Assembly: GCA_964632215.1 (NCBI GenBank)
Contig: CAZWBG010000001.1
Coordinates: 431,863-495,862, forward strand
DNA length: 64,000 nt
Reading direction: 5' to 3'
Source of the DNA: an uncultured Candidatus Saccharibacteria bacterium
Lineage (GTDB): Bacteria > Patescibacteriota > Saccharimonadia > Saccharimonadales > UBA7683
Of this stretch, positions 43,591 to 52,364 are shown in pieces. Numbering within the stretch: the first letter of the stretch is position 1; each line of letters begins with the position of its first letter. The translations under genes and the position numbers were made by a program. Under the pieces are notes generated by a model. It was given only the letters and a program-made list of their open reading frames with translations. It was not told the DNA's origin and did no database searches.

Positions 43591-44349
43591 ATGCAATTAC
43601 TACAAAGTCACAAAGTTTTAGTAATTATCTTATGCATCAGCGTTCCGTTGGTGGCCATCGTTGTCTTAAATATGGCTTTTATTTTCTACAATGGTACCGT
43701 GACATCGCCGCCAAATATACCACAAAATATACAAAAATTAGGTCAGGGCAAACCACTTACCTACGCTGTACTAGGTGACAGCACGGCCGTTGGACAAGGT
43801 GGTGAATATAGCAAAGGTATTGCGGTTGCTACGGCCGCTCATATAGCAAAAAATTACTCCGTTGAATTCAAGAATTTTGGCAGCTCTGGTGCTCGAATAT
43901 CGGATGTTGCCAATATACAAGTCTCGCAAGCTACAGGCCTCAAGCCTGATTTGGTATTGATTTCCGCTGGAGCGAACGATGTCACTCACTTCACTGCCCT
44001 GTCGAAGATTGAAGATGATGTTAACGTAATTATCGACCGCTTACGTGCGAATAACCCTAAGGTTAAAATTATCTTTATCGGCTCGCCCGAGATGAGCTCA
44101 ATTCCACGTTTCATACAACCTACAAAATACATCCTCGGGCTCCGATCGACTCAAGTGAATAGAGTTTTTCAGAAGGTGATATCTGCTCATGAGGAAGCCC
44201 TCTTCTCACCTATTGCCCAGCGGACAGGGAGTATGTTCGCACAAGATCCAGCTCTTTTTGCACAAGATAAGTTTCACCCCAATACCGCGGGCTATGATGT
44301 TTGGATACCAGTATTGATTGAATCTATCGACACCGCCCTAGCTAGATAA
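43591..44349 (+). CDS. SGNH/GDSL-family hydrolase with N-terminal membrane anchor
   Basis: VLGDSTAVGQG (block I), GSSGARI, ISAGANDV, and DKFHPNTAGY (block V DxxH). Confidence 0.8.
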   Translation: MQLLQSHKVLVIILCISVPLVAIVVLNMAFIFYNGTVTSPPNIPQNIQKLGQGKPLTYAVLGDSTAVGQGGEYSKGIAVATAAHIAKNYSVEFKNFGSSGARISDVANIQVSQATGLKPDLVLISAGANDVTHFTALSKIEDDVNVIIDRLRANNPKVKIIFIGSPEMSSIPRFIQPTKYILGLRSTQVNRVFQKVISAHEEALFSPIAQRTGSMFAQDPALFAQDKFHPNTAGYDVWIPVLIESIDTALAR

Positions 44350-44405
44350 ATATGTGGTGATATACTATAACCATAAGTAATTAGATAAAAGATAAGGAGT
44401 TACGC

Positions 44406-45179
44406 ATGGAGCAACCAACAACAGTACCAACATCGGAGTCAACTCCACCACAACAAGCGACAAACCCTAGTGCGAACCCCACCAACGGTCTAGCGGTGGC
44501 CTCATTAGTAACTGGTATTATATCTTTCTTAGGAGGCTTCTTCTTAGTAGGTGGGCTATTCGGAATAGCGGCTATTGTACTGGGTATTATTGGCCTTAAA
44601 CGAGGTGGTGGTAAAGGCCTTAGTATTGCCGGCATTATTCTTGGTGCTCTTGGTATTATTGGTTCAATTTTAGGAATTCTCTTCTGGGTTCTGGTATTCG
44701 GTAAAGCTGCTCACGATGTTTCTAATAATGTGAACGACTTTAACCAAGAACAGCGTGCGGCACTAACAAGCCAGAAAGAGTTTACTAAGGGTGAGGCAGC
44801 TCAATTTGGTAATATCCAAGTTACGGCTACTAGTGTCACTAGAGGTTATATACCTGCAGATAGCTTCTTCAAACCTGCCGAAGGCAAAGAGTTCGTTGTT
44901 GTTGGACTGACGCTCAAGAATACCGGAACTGAATCAGAAATGATCTCTCCGTACACCTTCAAACTTGAATCAGGTGGTGTTGCCTACGGACCCAGCTTTG
45001 TTACTGGCCCAGGCACTGGGCTCAGCTCAATAACACTGAATCCGGGCGCGAGTACAAGTGGTGAAGTAGTCTTTGAGGTAGACAAGACTGCAACCGACCT
45101 CAGACTCACCGCAGATGATTACGCTTACAACCCTGATACGTACAAATCTGAGACCGTAAAATATACGCTTGCGCTGTAG
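44406..45179 (+). CDS. DUF4190 (N-terminal membrane) + DUF4352 (C-terminal Ig-like) surface protein
   Basis: NGLAVASLVTGIISFLGG...GIAAIVLGIIGLKR, then VVVGLTLKNTG......F.L......Y......L.PG....G.VVFEV. AAGGAG SD. Confidence 0.7.
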   Translation: MEQPTTVPTSESTPPQQATNPSANPTNGLAVASLVTGIISFLGGFFLVGGLFGIAAIVLGIIGLKRGGGKGLSIAGIILGALGIIGSILGILFWVLVFGKAAHDVSNNVNDFNQEQRAALTSQKEFTKGEAAQFGNIQVTATSVTRGYIPADSFFKPAEGKEFVVVGLTLKNTGTESEMISPYTFKLESGGVAYGPSFVTGPGTGLSSITLNPGASTSGEVVFEVDKTATDLRLTADDYAYNPDTYKSETVKYTLAL

Positions 45180-45199
45180 GCAACTACTTAATACGTAAC

Positions 45200-45230
45200 A
45201 AAAAGAGCTGGCGTAGGCCAGCTCTTTTTG
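45200..45230. terminator. Bidirectional hairpin terminator between convergent genes
   Basis: AAAAGAGCTGGC-gtag-GCCAGCTCTTTT, flanked by A-run and T-run. Confidence 0.7.
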
Positions 45231-45245
45231 TGTAACTACCCACAC

Positions 45246-45962
45246 CTATCGATATTCAGGGTTCTGAAAATCAAAACGCGCGCCTGCATCCCATTCGGAA
45301 CGGACATTGCCATAAGGTGGAAGACCCCCAGCATTTTTTAGTAACTGTGCCATATGCATAAGGTTCCAGGTCATAAAGGTAGTATTACGATTAGTGAAAT
45401 CATTTTGCGGGCCACCAGAGCCCTTTTCAAGATAACTAGGTCCAGGGCCAGCTTCGCCCACCCAACCTGCATCAGCCTGCGGAGGAATAGTGCAACCAAT
45501 ATGCTGCAGACTATAGAGAATATTCATAGCACAATGTTTGATGCCATCTTCGTTACCCGTAATCAGACAACCGCCTACTTTACCATAAAACGCATACTGT
45601 CCTTGCTTGTTTAGCTCAGCTGAATTTCCATACAACCGCTCAATAATCTTTTTAGTAACAGAACTATTGTCACCCAACCAAATTGGGCCAGCGACCACCA
45701 AGATATCGGCTGCTTGTACTTTTTTGTAAAGTTCGGGCCATTCGTCGGTTGCCCAACCTTGCTTAGTCATATCTGGATAGACGCCCGTGGCAATATCGTG
45801 GTCGATCGGCCGAATAACCTCTGTCTTGACGCCATGTTTTTGCATAATTGCTATGCTCACGTCTATTAAGCCTTCGGTGTTACTCACTTCTGGGCTCTTT
45901 TTGAGCGTACAGTTAAAATACAGCGCTCGTAATTGGCTAAAATCCCACTGTTTTTCTACCAT
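45246..45962 (-). CDS. Flavodoxin-fold NAD(P)H-dependent FMN reductase-like oxidoreductase
   Basis: ALYFNCTLKKSP..SNT and ADILVVAGPIWLGDNSS..K..IERL. AAGGGGG SD. Confidence 0.6.
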   Translation of the reverse strand: MVEKQWDFSQLRALYFNCTLKKSPEVSNTEGLIDVSIAIMQKHGVKTEVIRPIDHDIATGVYPDMTKQGWATDEWPELYKKVQAADILVVAGPIWLGDNSSVTKKIIERLYGNSAELNKQGQYAFYGKVGGCLITGNEDGIKHCAMNILYSLQHIGCTIPPQADAGWVGEAGPGPSYLEKGSGGPQNDFTNRNTTFMTWNLMHMAQLLKNAGGLPPYGNVRSEWDAGARFDFQNPEYR

Positions 45963-46062
45963 AATGTACCCCCTTATATCTACCTTTTATTATACGCTCA
46001 GCGTCAACTGTATTTGCTCAAAAATAGCAGATAACGGTGGTAGTGATACCTTGAGGACAAGA

Positions 46063-46701
46063 TTAGATTAATGAGAGTAGTTCAGTAAAATCGCTGATGG
46101 TGGCCGTAGGCTTTAATTTTTGAAGTTCTTTCAAATCGTAGAATTTTTCATGTTCTGGTGGATAAAAAAGTACGGCGTCTATATTAGCGTTATGTGCAGA
46201 TTTTATATCTTTTTCAGAATCTCCAATCATTATAGATTCTTCTGGTAGTGCATCCAGTTGCTTCAAAGCTTTTAGAATTGGTTCCGCGTCTGGTTTTATA
46301 TTGCGCACATCATCTCCGCAGACCACCGTATCGAATAGTGTTTCAATATCGAAGCTTATTAAAAGTGGGTCGATTTGAGAGTGTACAGAGGTAGTAACTA
46401 GTGCGGTCTTCTTTCCAGCCTGTTTTAATTTTTTCAAAACAAACACACTGTTGGCATATGCCTGAACAAGTGGCAGATCATTTTCCGACAAGGCCGCTGC
46501 TTCGCTTATTATCACTTCAGGATTCTCGTGGCCTAGCTTTTTTAAACGATGTGATAACAGTTCAAAGTTTGCTCCTATTTCTTTGTCAGACAGAAAATAG
46601 TCGTGCCTCTCAAGAGCAGATTTTAGTGAACTATGCCATATGTCTAGCGTTCTTACGATGCTACCATCCCAATCAAAAAGCAGATATTTATATTTCTTCA
46701 T
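46063..46701 (-). CDS. HAD-superfamily hydrolase (phosphatase, PGP-like)
   Basis: Motif I LFDWDGSIV, motif II VTTS, and motif III/IV K....GDSEKD. Confidence 0.75.
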   Translation of the reverse strand: MKKYKYLLFDWDGSIVRTLDIWHSSLKSALERHDYFLSDKEIGANFELLSHRLKKLGHENPEVIISEAAALSENDLPLVQAYANSVFVLKKLKQAGKKTALVTTSVHSQIDPLLISFDIETLFDTVVCGDDVRNIKPDAEPILKALKQLDALPEESIMIGDSEKDIKSAHNANIDAVLFYPPEHEKFYDLKELQKLKPTATISDFTELLSLI

Positions 46702-46787
46702 TGCTATATAGCTTAGCAGATCCCAATACTACGCACACTACAGCCATAGACTACATACCTACCTGGAATACCGAGGTGGAGCTAGAT

Positions 46788-47099
46788 CTAACCGAGTGTC
46801 TGGTCAATCCACTCAGCTAGCTTTGAATTAACTACTACTGGAATAAGACGTATCATGGGAACTTCTTCTGAAGTAACAGTTTCAACATCGTGGACTAGTG
46901 CTTCTTTTTTCGCTGCTGTGGTAAGTGAAGTAATGGTCACGTAGTTCATTTCCTCAATTTTGCCCTTCCACAAAAAACGAGCTGGTGACTTCAAAAATTG
47001 CCCACCGGTAGTTAACTTCTTTTCAAGCAATGAATTAAGAATACTGTCTGCTTGTTCCTGGGTTTCTGCTGAAATAAATACTTCATAATAGTCTTGCAT
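46788..47099 (-). CDS. CutA1-like divalent-cation tolerance protein
   Basis: About 100 aa, with RFLWKGKIEE......T and EEVPMI......L.EWI resembling the CutA blocks. Confidence 0.5.
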   Translation of the reverse strand: MQDYYEVFISAETQEQADSILNSLLEKKLTTGGQFLKSPARFLWKGKIEEMNYVTITSLTTAAKKEALVHDVETVTSEEVPMIRLIPVVVNSKLAEWIDQTLG

Positions 47100-47241
47100 G
47101 GCTTATGGCATCAGTATAACAAAAAATTAAATATTAAGGCTGAGAAAGCATACAGCTCTTTTGATATCAGATCGTTTGGTCAGAAAAGATGCAACTTATT
47201 GACAATTATGATATAATATAGATATAAAGGTTGAGGTTGCT

Positions 47242-48207
47242 ATGGAATTATTTGGTGAAAAATCGGGCGAAACTGCTCAAACATATGCTGGTCAGATATA
47301 TACAATTATAGATCAGGTAGGCCTGTCGGCAGAAACCATCTCTCCTGAGGCAATTATTGGTGGCTCAGAGATCCTGCTGGATATACATGCTAGATGTGGT
47401 GACCCCAATAGTGAAACATACGAACCATACCATAATGACCAACACGCCCTACAAGTACTAAGTCGCAGCTGGCGTCTGCTGCAACTTTTACAAAAGATCA
47501 TGCCTGAAAAATTCAGTGGCTCCGATTACGAGGCATTACTCTGGGCTTCGCTTGGTCATGATGTAGTACGTGGCACAGGTGGAACGCTCGGTGAAGATGA
47601 ACGACAGAGCGCACAGCTTATCGCAGCACGGATGCAAGAAGCTGGGTGCGAAGATACTATGTGCGAGCAGGTAGCCGATATTATTCTTACTACTATTGTT
47701 GAGCACGATGAACAGGGCCGAATAAAACAGACTAACATCCGCTCGGGTAACAAAGATCCTCTGAGATTAATCTTAGCTACTGCCGATATTAACGGTGTCG
47801 CCATGGAGGGCATCCCCACCATGATTAATGATGTGTTTAATCTCTACATGGAGGTACGACACAGAACGGTTGCAGACATGGTTGCAAACCCTGAAGAGGT
47901 GATTGAATTCTTTTTTAGCCAAGCGCAGTTTTTAGAGAGCCGACTTGAAACACTTTCTGGAGATTTTGCGTACTACTTCACTCAAGAGGAAGTAGCGATT
48001 GTACAAGCTGCTTATGAGGAAGAATTCACGCAAGCGACTCGAGACGGCATTGGAGCGGCTAATGTATTGTTCCGTTTTCCGCACCTTGGAGAACTTGCAA
48101 TCACCGACGCCCTGCAAACTTCTCACCAATCTGTTCCTGATATCGAAACAATAAAGCAACGACTCGCCACCCTCCTAACTCGCCGCTCCAAGCATACGGA
48201 TGGGTAG
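47242..48207 (+). CDS. Hypothetical protein with possible HD-type metal-binding motif
   Basis: YHNDQHALQV...LWASLGHDVV gives an H...HD spacing. This is a weak by-eye call. Confidence 0.35.
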   Translation: MELFGEKSGETAQTYAGQIYTIIDQVGLSAETISPEAIIGGSEILLDIHARCGDPNSETYEPYHNDQHALQVLSRSWRLLQLLQKIMPEKFSGSDYEALLWASLGHDVVRGTGGTLGEDERQSAQLIAARMQEAGCEDTMCEQVADIILTTIVEHDEQGRIKQTNIRSGNKDPLRLILATADINGVAMEGIPTMINDVFNLYMEVRHRTVADMVANPEEVIEFFFSQAQFLESRLETLSGDFAYYFTQEEVAIVQAAYEEEFTQATRDGIGAANVLFRFPHLGELAITDALQTSHQSVPDIETIKQRLATLLTRRSKHTDG

Positions 48208-48257
48208 GATACCCGAGACTGTAGGGGTCGGCTTTAACAGTTATGAGCACCTTACTA

Positions 48258-48704
48258 CTATAGGTCAGTTTTCAGTGGCTGCTTGGTCCTCGATGAGAAC
48301 CTCGTTGCAATGAATCTAGCTAAACCAGGGTACACGATAAGCCACAGGGTCGTGAGTCCTACTTCATGATTAAGTGTATTAGCGAAGTAGAAGATAAAAG
48401 GAGTACAAATACTTAATCCAAAAATACTGATCACTGTTGAAATTCTAGCTGGATATTTTTTCAAAAATAAAAAAGCTAGTAAAGGTGCAGCTACTAGGAC
48501 GATAAGTACCCACAGAATACCCACAGCAAAGAAGGCAAAAAACAGAAAACCAAGATCTGACAGGTCGTTCTTCTCAGCGCCCATAAAGGATACGAGCGCC
48601 ATTACTCCTAACGCTGAGGTGGGGACTACCGCCATAGCATAACCAAGCAATACCGCTAGGTAGGTGTAGAGGTAGCCTTTGTTTGCTAGGGATATTGTTA
48701 TCAT
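48258..48704 (-). CDS. Multi-pass membrane protein
   Basis: 148-aa ORF with about 4 hydrophobic helices. Confidence 0.5.
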   Translation of the reverse strand: MITISLANKGYLYTYLAVLLGYAMAVVPTSALGVMALVSFMGAEKNDLSDLGFLFFAFFAVGILWVLIVLVAAPLLAFLFLKKYPARISTVISIFGLSICTPFIFYFANTLNHEVGLTTLWLIVYPGLARFIATRFSSRTKQPLKTDL

Positions 48705-48875
48705 TACTTAGTCTTAATCATACCTCATACGACACGCGACTGTCACCACTTTGGTATTGAGAACCATGCAATCATAAAGGTCGGACCTTTAACAGATGAG
48801 GAAAATACAAGCTACAGAATGCCTCATATATTTACTAAAGTAAATATGGTCGACAGGCCGAGTTCATCGAAACAG

Positions 48876-48918
48876 ACCATGAAAAAAGCCAGGTACAAGA
48901 TCTGGCTTTTTTCATGGT
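48876..48918. terminator. Perfect 17-bp palindrome (bidirectional hairpin) abutting the pseudo-tRNA-Arg end
   Basis: ACCATGAAAAAAGCCAG-gtacaagat-CTGGCTTTTTTCATGGT. The right arm overlaps the first 4 nt of the tRNA-Arg 3'-end copy. Confidence 0.6.
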
Positions 48919-48997
48919 ACACCCGGACGGATTACTAAGGTATAGCCTGCAAGCTTTCTCGAAGTAAACTTCTGCGAGAGCTTTTGGTTATCGAACC
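48915..48997 (-). repeat. Pseudo-tRNA-Arg 3' half split in the T-loop by a family-1 insert
   Basis: tggtacacccggacggatt is 19/19 identical to 49064-49082. A 58-nt insert follows (48934-48991, with TTCTGCGA at 48970-48977), then cgaacc. Confidence 0.65.
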
Positions 48998-49063
48998 TAC
49001 GGTTCGTATTCGCTTCGCGAATATAACCAAACAAAAAATCCACCGCAGGGTAGATTCTTTGTT

Positions 49064-49140
49064 TGGTACACCCGGACGGATTCGAACCGCCGACCCTCTG
49101 TTCCGAAGACAGATGCTCTATCCAGCTGAGCTACGGGTGC
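49064..49140 (-). tRNA. tRNA-Arg (anticodon UCG), CCA encoded
   Basis: GCACCCG ta GCTC agctggata GAGC a TCTGT ctTCGga ACAGA gggtc GGCGG ttcgaat CCGTC CGGGTGT a CCA. Confidence 0.9.
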
Positions 49141-49230
49141 ATATAAACGCTTAGTTAGTATATCATCTGTTATGAGTTTTGGGCACTTCTTAGGCGCCTC
49201 GAGCCTCACGTTTGCTATACTATGGAGTAA

Positions 49231-50277
49231 ATGAAAGTTCAAGACCAGGTTACCCTTGCACCTTATACTTCCCTGCACTGCGGTGGGATAGCTGAGAGAG
49301 TTATATTCTGTACCTCACTTGCAGATGTCAGAGAGGTGCTGTCTAGTGTAAATTCTACGCCACTCTGGATTCTCGGCTATGGTACAAATGTTCTTATCTC
49401 TGACAAAGGACTACCCGGCACTACACTACTACTGCATGGTGGTGAGATAAATCGCGAGAATGATATGCTCATAGCAGATGCTGGGGCTTGGTGGGATGAC
49501 GTAGTGCGTACGAGTATTGAGCACGAGCTTTGGGGCATAGAACTTATGAGCGGTATTCCCGGAAGCGTTGGCGCGGCCGTAAGTGGCAATATTGCTGCCT
49601 ACGGTCAACAAGCTGCCTCAACCCTTGCCTGGATAGAGATTTTGGATACTAGCCTCAAAACACTTCGCAAAATGTCTGTTGCTGAAATTATGTTTGATTA
49701 TCGCAGCAGTTCTTTACAAGACAACCCGGAGCTCATCATTACTCGAGCTGCTTTCAAGCTCTCGCGAGCAGAGACCACGCCGTTAACCTACGAATCAGCT
49801 CGCGTAGCAGCAGTAAAATTAAACCTAAATGTAGAGGATCTTACAGATAGACGGGAGATTATTCTTGAGGCTCGTCGTCGAGCAGGCTCCCTTTATCTTC
49901 CAACTGATCCAACCGCTCAGTACACAGCAGGTTCTTTCTTCAAGAACCCACTCGTTTCGGCCGAACAGGCTCTGCAACTTGCCTCTTTCGACGAAACCGG
50001 TAAATCACTGGAGCGAATTATGAAGCAAAACCAAGTACATGGTGGTACTAGCAAGCGCGTCTCGGCTGCTCACGTACTACTGGCTGCAGGCTTTAGCCGT
50101 GGCCAGACCTGGGGCAACGTTCGCTTACACCCTAAGCACGTGCTAAAACTTGAAAATACAGGGGGAGCAACCGCCCAAGAAATCTATACGGTTGCTCAGG
50201 AAATCATACAGACAGTCAAACAAAAACTTGAGATTACACTCGAGCCTGAAGTGAAGTTTCTCGGTGATTTTAAATGA
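49231..50277 (+). CDS. murB: UDP-N-acetylenolpyruvoylglucosamine reductase MurB
   Basis: LAPYTSLHCGGIAE, ILGYGTNVLISD, GIPGSVGAAVSGNIAAYG, and SFFKNP. Confidence 0.85.
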   Translation: MKVQDQVTLAPYTSLHCGGIAERVIFCTSLADVREVLSSVNSTPLWILGYGTNVLISDKGLPGTTLLLHGGEINRENDMLIADAGAWWDDVVRTSIEHELWGIELMSGIPGSVGAAVSGNIAAYGQQAASTLAWIEILDTSLKTLRKMSVAEIMFDYRSSSLQDNPELIITRAAFKLSRAETTPLTYESARVAAVKLNLNVEDLTDRREIILEARRRAGSLYLPTDPTAQYTAGSFFKNPLVSAEQALQLASFDETGKSLERIMKQNQVHGGTSKRVSAAHVLLAAGFSRGQTWGNVRLHPKHVLKLENTGGATAQEIYTVAQEIIQTVKQKLEITLEPEVKFLGDFK

Positions 50278-50289
50278 TACAATTGATAC

Positions 50290-50949
50290 ATGTCGTCTGA
50301 TATTATCATCTTATTAATCTATGCGATCCCCGCCCTCGTTATAAGCATCAGTCTGCACGAGATGATGCACAGCGTAGTTGGCTATTGGCTAGGAGATGAC
50401 ACCGCCAAAATGCTCGGACGCATTAGCCTGAATCCGCTCAAGCATATCGACCCAGTCACCACGATTGGCCTACCACTCATACTCGTCGTGATGGGTCTAC
50501 CACCTTTTGCGGCCGCTAAGCCTGTGCCAATTCAGATGCACCGACTAAAATTTGAAGAATTTGGTATGGCTCTAGTCGGGCTTGCTGGACCGCTAACCAA
50601 CCTCTTGCTGGCAATTATCTCAGGGTTGCTATTAAAGTTCGTCGAGCCGAGTGCACTTGATCTTCTTGCAAATGGACAGATCATTATTAACCAACCATTG
50701 GTTGGTTTCTTGAGCTACATGGTAATGATGAATGTGGGATTATTTGTCTTTAATATGATCCCCTTTCCGCCGCTTGACGGTTCCCGTGTCTTATACGCAC
50801 TCGCGCCTGAGGCTGTACAAAAAGTAATGATGCAGATCGAACAACTTGGCTTTACAGCTATCTTGATCTTCATGTTCGTAGGATTCCCACTCATTAGCCC
50901 ACTGATTCTTGGCGTACAGCGGCTCATACTGACATTTCTTGCGAGCTAA
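50290..50949 (+). CDS. M50-family (site-2 protease-like) membrane metalloprotease
   Basis: HEMMH zinc motif, LNPLKHIDP, and a late PFPPLDGS motif. TACAAT lies 6 nt upstream of the ATG. Confidence 0.8.
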   Translation: MSSDIIILLIYAIPALVISISLHEMMHSVVGYWLGDDTAKMLGRISLNPLKHIDPVTTIGLPLILVVMGLPPFAAAKPVPIQMHRLKFEEFGMALVGLAGPLTNLLLAIISGLLLKFVEPSALDLLANGQIIINQPLVGFLSYMVMMNVGLFVFNMIPFPPLDGSRVLYALAPEAVQKVMMQIEQLGFTAILIFMFVGFPLISPLILGVQRLILTFLAS

Positions 50950-50952
50950 TCT

Positions 50953-52236
50953 TTAGTTATCACTTGGCAAAGGGAACTGCTTGGAAAAAGCGATGACTTC
51001 TTGGTGTAAGTGTTGCAGTTTCTTCTCGTCAGTTCGTGAAATAATTGCTTGGTGCATCCAACTCGCTACTGTTTCCATATCTGCTTCTTTTAGTCCACGA
51101 GTGGTAATGGCTGGCGTACCAAGACGTAGGCCGCTTGGACGAAACGGTGGTAGTGTATCGTTCGGAATAGCGTTACAGTTGGCACTCAAACCAATTTTAT
51201 CGAGGATAATCTGCGCCTCACGGCCATCAATACCAAAGCTGGTCATCATGTCTATTTGTATAAGATGGTTGTCAGTGCCATTCGTTACTAACTTAAACCC
51301 TTTTTTTATAAGTTCATCGGCCAGACGCTTGGCATTTTTGAGGATCTGCTGAGCATATAGTTTAAAATCTGGCTGAGCTGCTTCACGAAAAGCCACAGCC
51401 TTGGCCGCAATCGTGTGCATATGTGGACCACCCTGGAAACCCGGGAAAACTTCTCGGTCAATTAAGGTAGGGAGGTTGTCAACAGTCTTCTCTGGTGCCT
51501 TTAGCGGGTTACCCGCCGTGCCCTTTGTTAAAATCAGGCCACCGCGTGGACCACGCAGAGTCTTGTGAGTTGTGGTGGTAATAATATGAAAGCCAAAATC
51601 AAAAGGATTTGGTAATACCTTCGCAGCTATGAGACCCGCGATGTGAGCCATATCTGCCATCAATACGGCATTCACCTCAGCCGCTATCTCTGCAAATTTT
51701 GCGTAATCGAGGCTTCGTGGATAGCCGCTAAAGCCTGCCAGAATAATCTTTGGCCTCTCAGCAAGTGCAACTGCGCGCATTTGTTCATAATCAATCTCAC
51801 CGGTTTCTATATCTTTCATACCATAACGGACAAAATTGTAGAGTTTAGCACTACTTGTAATAGGCTGCCCATGAGTGAGATGCCCACCTTGGTCAAGCTT
51901 CATAGCCATAACCGTATCTCCCGGTTCTAACCATGCCTGATAAACGGCAATATTAGCTGGAGCACCACTATGGGGTTGTACATTGGCGTGGTCAGCACTA
52001 AACAGCTCTTTAGCTCGGTCAATTGCCAGTTGTTCAATTTTATCGGTATTCTCTTGCCCACCGTAGTAACGTCGGCCTGGATAGCCTTCAGCATACTTAT
52101 TAGTTAGAACACTACCCATCGCCTCAAGTACATCTCGTGAGACATAGTTTTCTGAAGGAATTAACTCAAGCCCTTCTCGTTGACGTTTTTCTTCAGCTGC
52201 CAATAATTTCAGTATTACCTCGTCATGTTGTGCCAT
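50953..52236 (-). CDS. glyA: Serine hydroxymethyltransferase
   Basis: LELIPSENY, YAEGYPGRRYYGG, TTTTHKTLRGPRGG (PLP Lys), and a C-terminal RLGTPA.TTRG. Confidence 0.93.
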   Translation of the reverse strand: MAQHDEVILKLLAAEEKRQREGLELIPSENYVSRDVLEAMGSVLTNKYAEGYPGRRYYGGQENTDKIEQLAIDRAKELFSADHANVQPHSGAPANIAVYQAWLEPGDTVMAMKLDQGGHLTHGQPITSSAKLYNFVRYGMKDIETGEIDYEQMRAVALAERPKIILAGFSGYPRSLDYAKFAEIAAEVNAVLMADMAHIAGLIAAKVLPNPFDFGFHIITTTTHKTLRGPRGGLILTKGTAGNPLKAPEKTVDNLPTLIDREVFPGFQGGPHMHTIAAKAVAFREAAQPDFKLYAQQILKNAKRLADELIKKGFKLVTNGTDNHLIQIDMMTSFGIDGREAQIILDKIGLSANCNAIPNDTLPPFRPSGLRLGTPAITTRGLKEADMETVASWMHQAIISRTDEKKLQHLHQEVIAFSKQFPLPSDN

Positions 52237-52331
52237 ATCTGCCCCTTTCGCGTATATACTATCTTTTCATAATACTACAGCATGCTATACTTGTAATACT
52301 TATTTCTTCTCTTGATTCTTACAAATAGCAC

Positions 52332-52360
52332 TTGATATATCATATGTGATATGTTATAGT
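52332..52360 (+). promoter_or_regulatory. Promoter of the HTH::MurA gene with an embedded palindrome (candidate operator)
   Basis: TTGATA (52332-52337), a 17-nt spacer, then TGTTATAGT (-10 at 52355-52360). The spacer contains ATATCA-tatg-TGATAT (52337-52352). Confidence 0.5.
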
Positions 52361-52364
52361 GCTT

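Noticed and set aside
48997-49278. A 93-aa minus-strand ORF spans tRNA-Arg(UCG).
   Set aside because: It overlaps a clean tRNA cloverleaf and the murB start region, so it is spurious.
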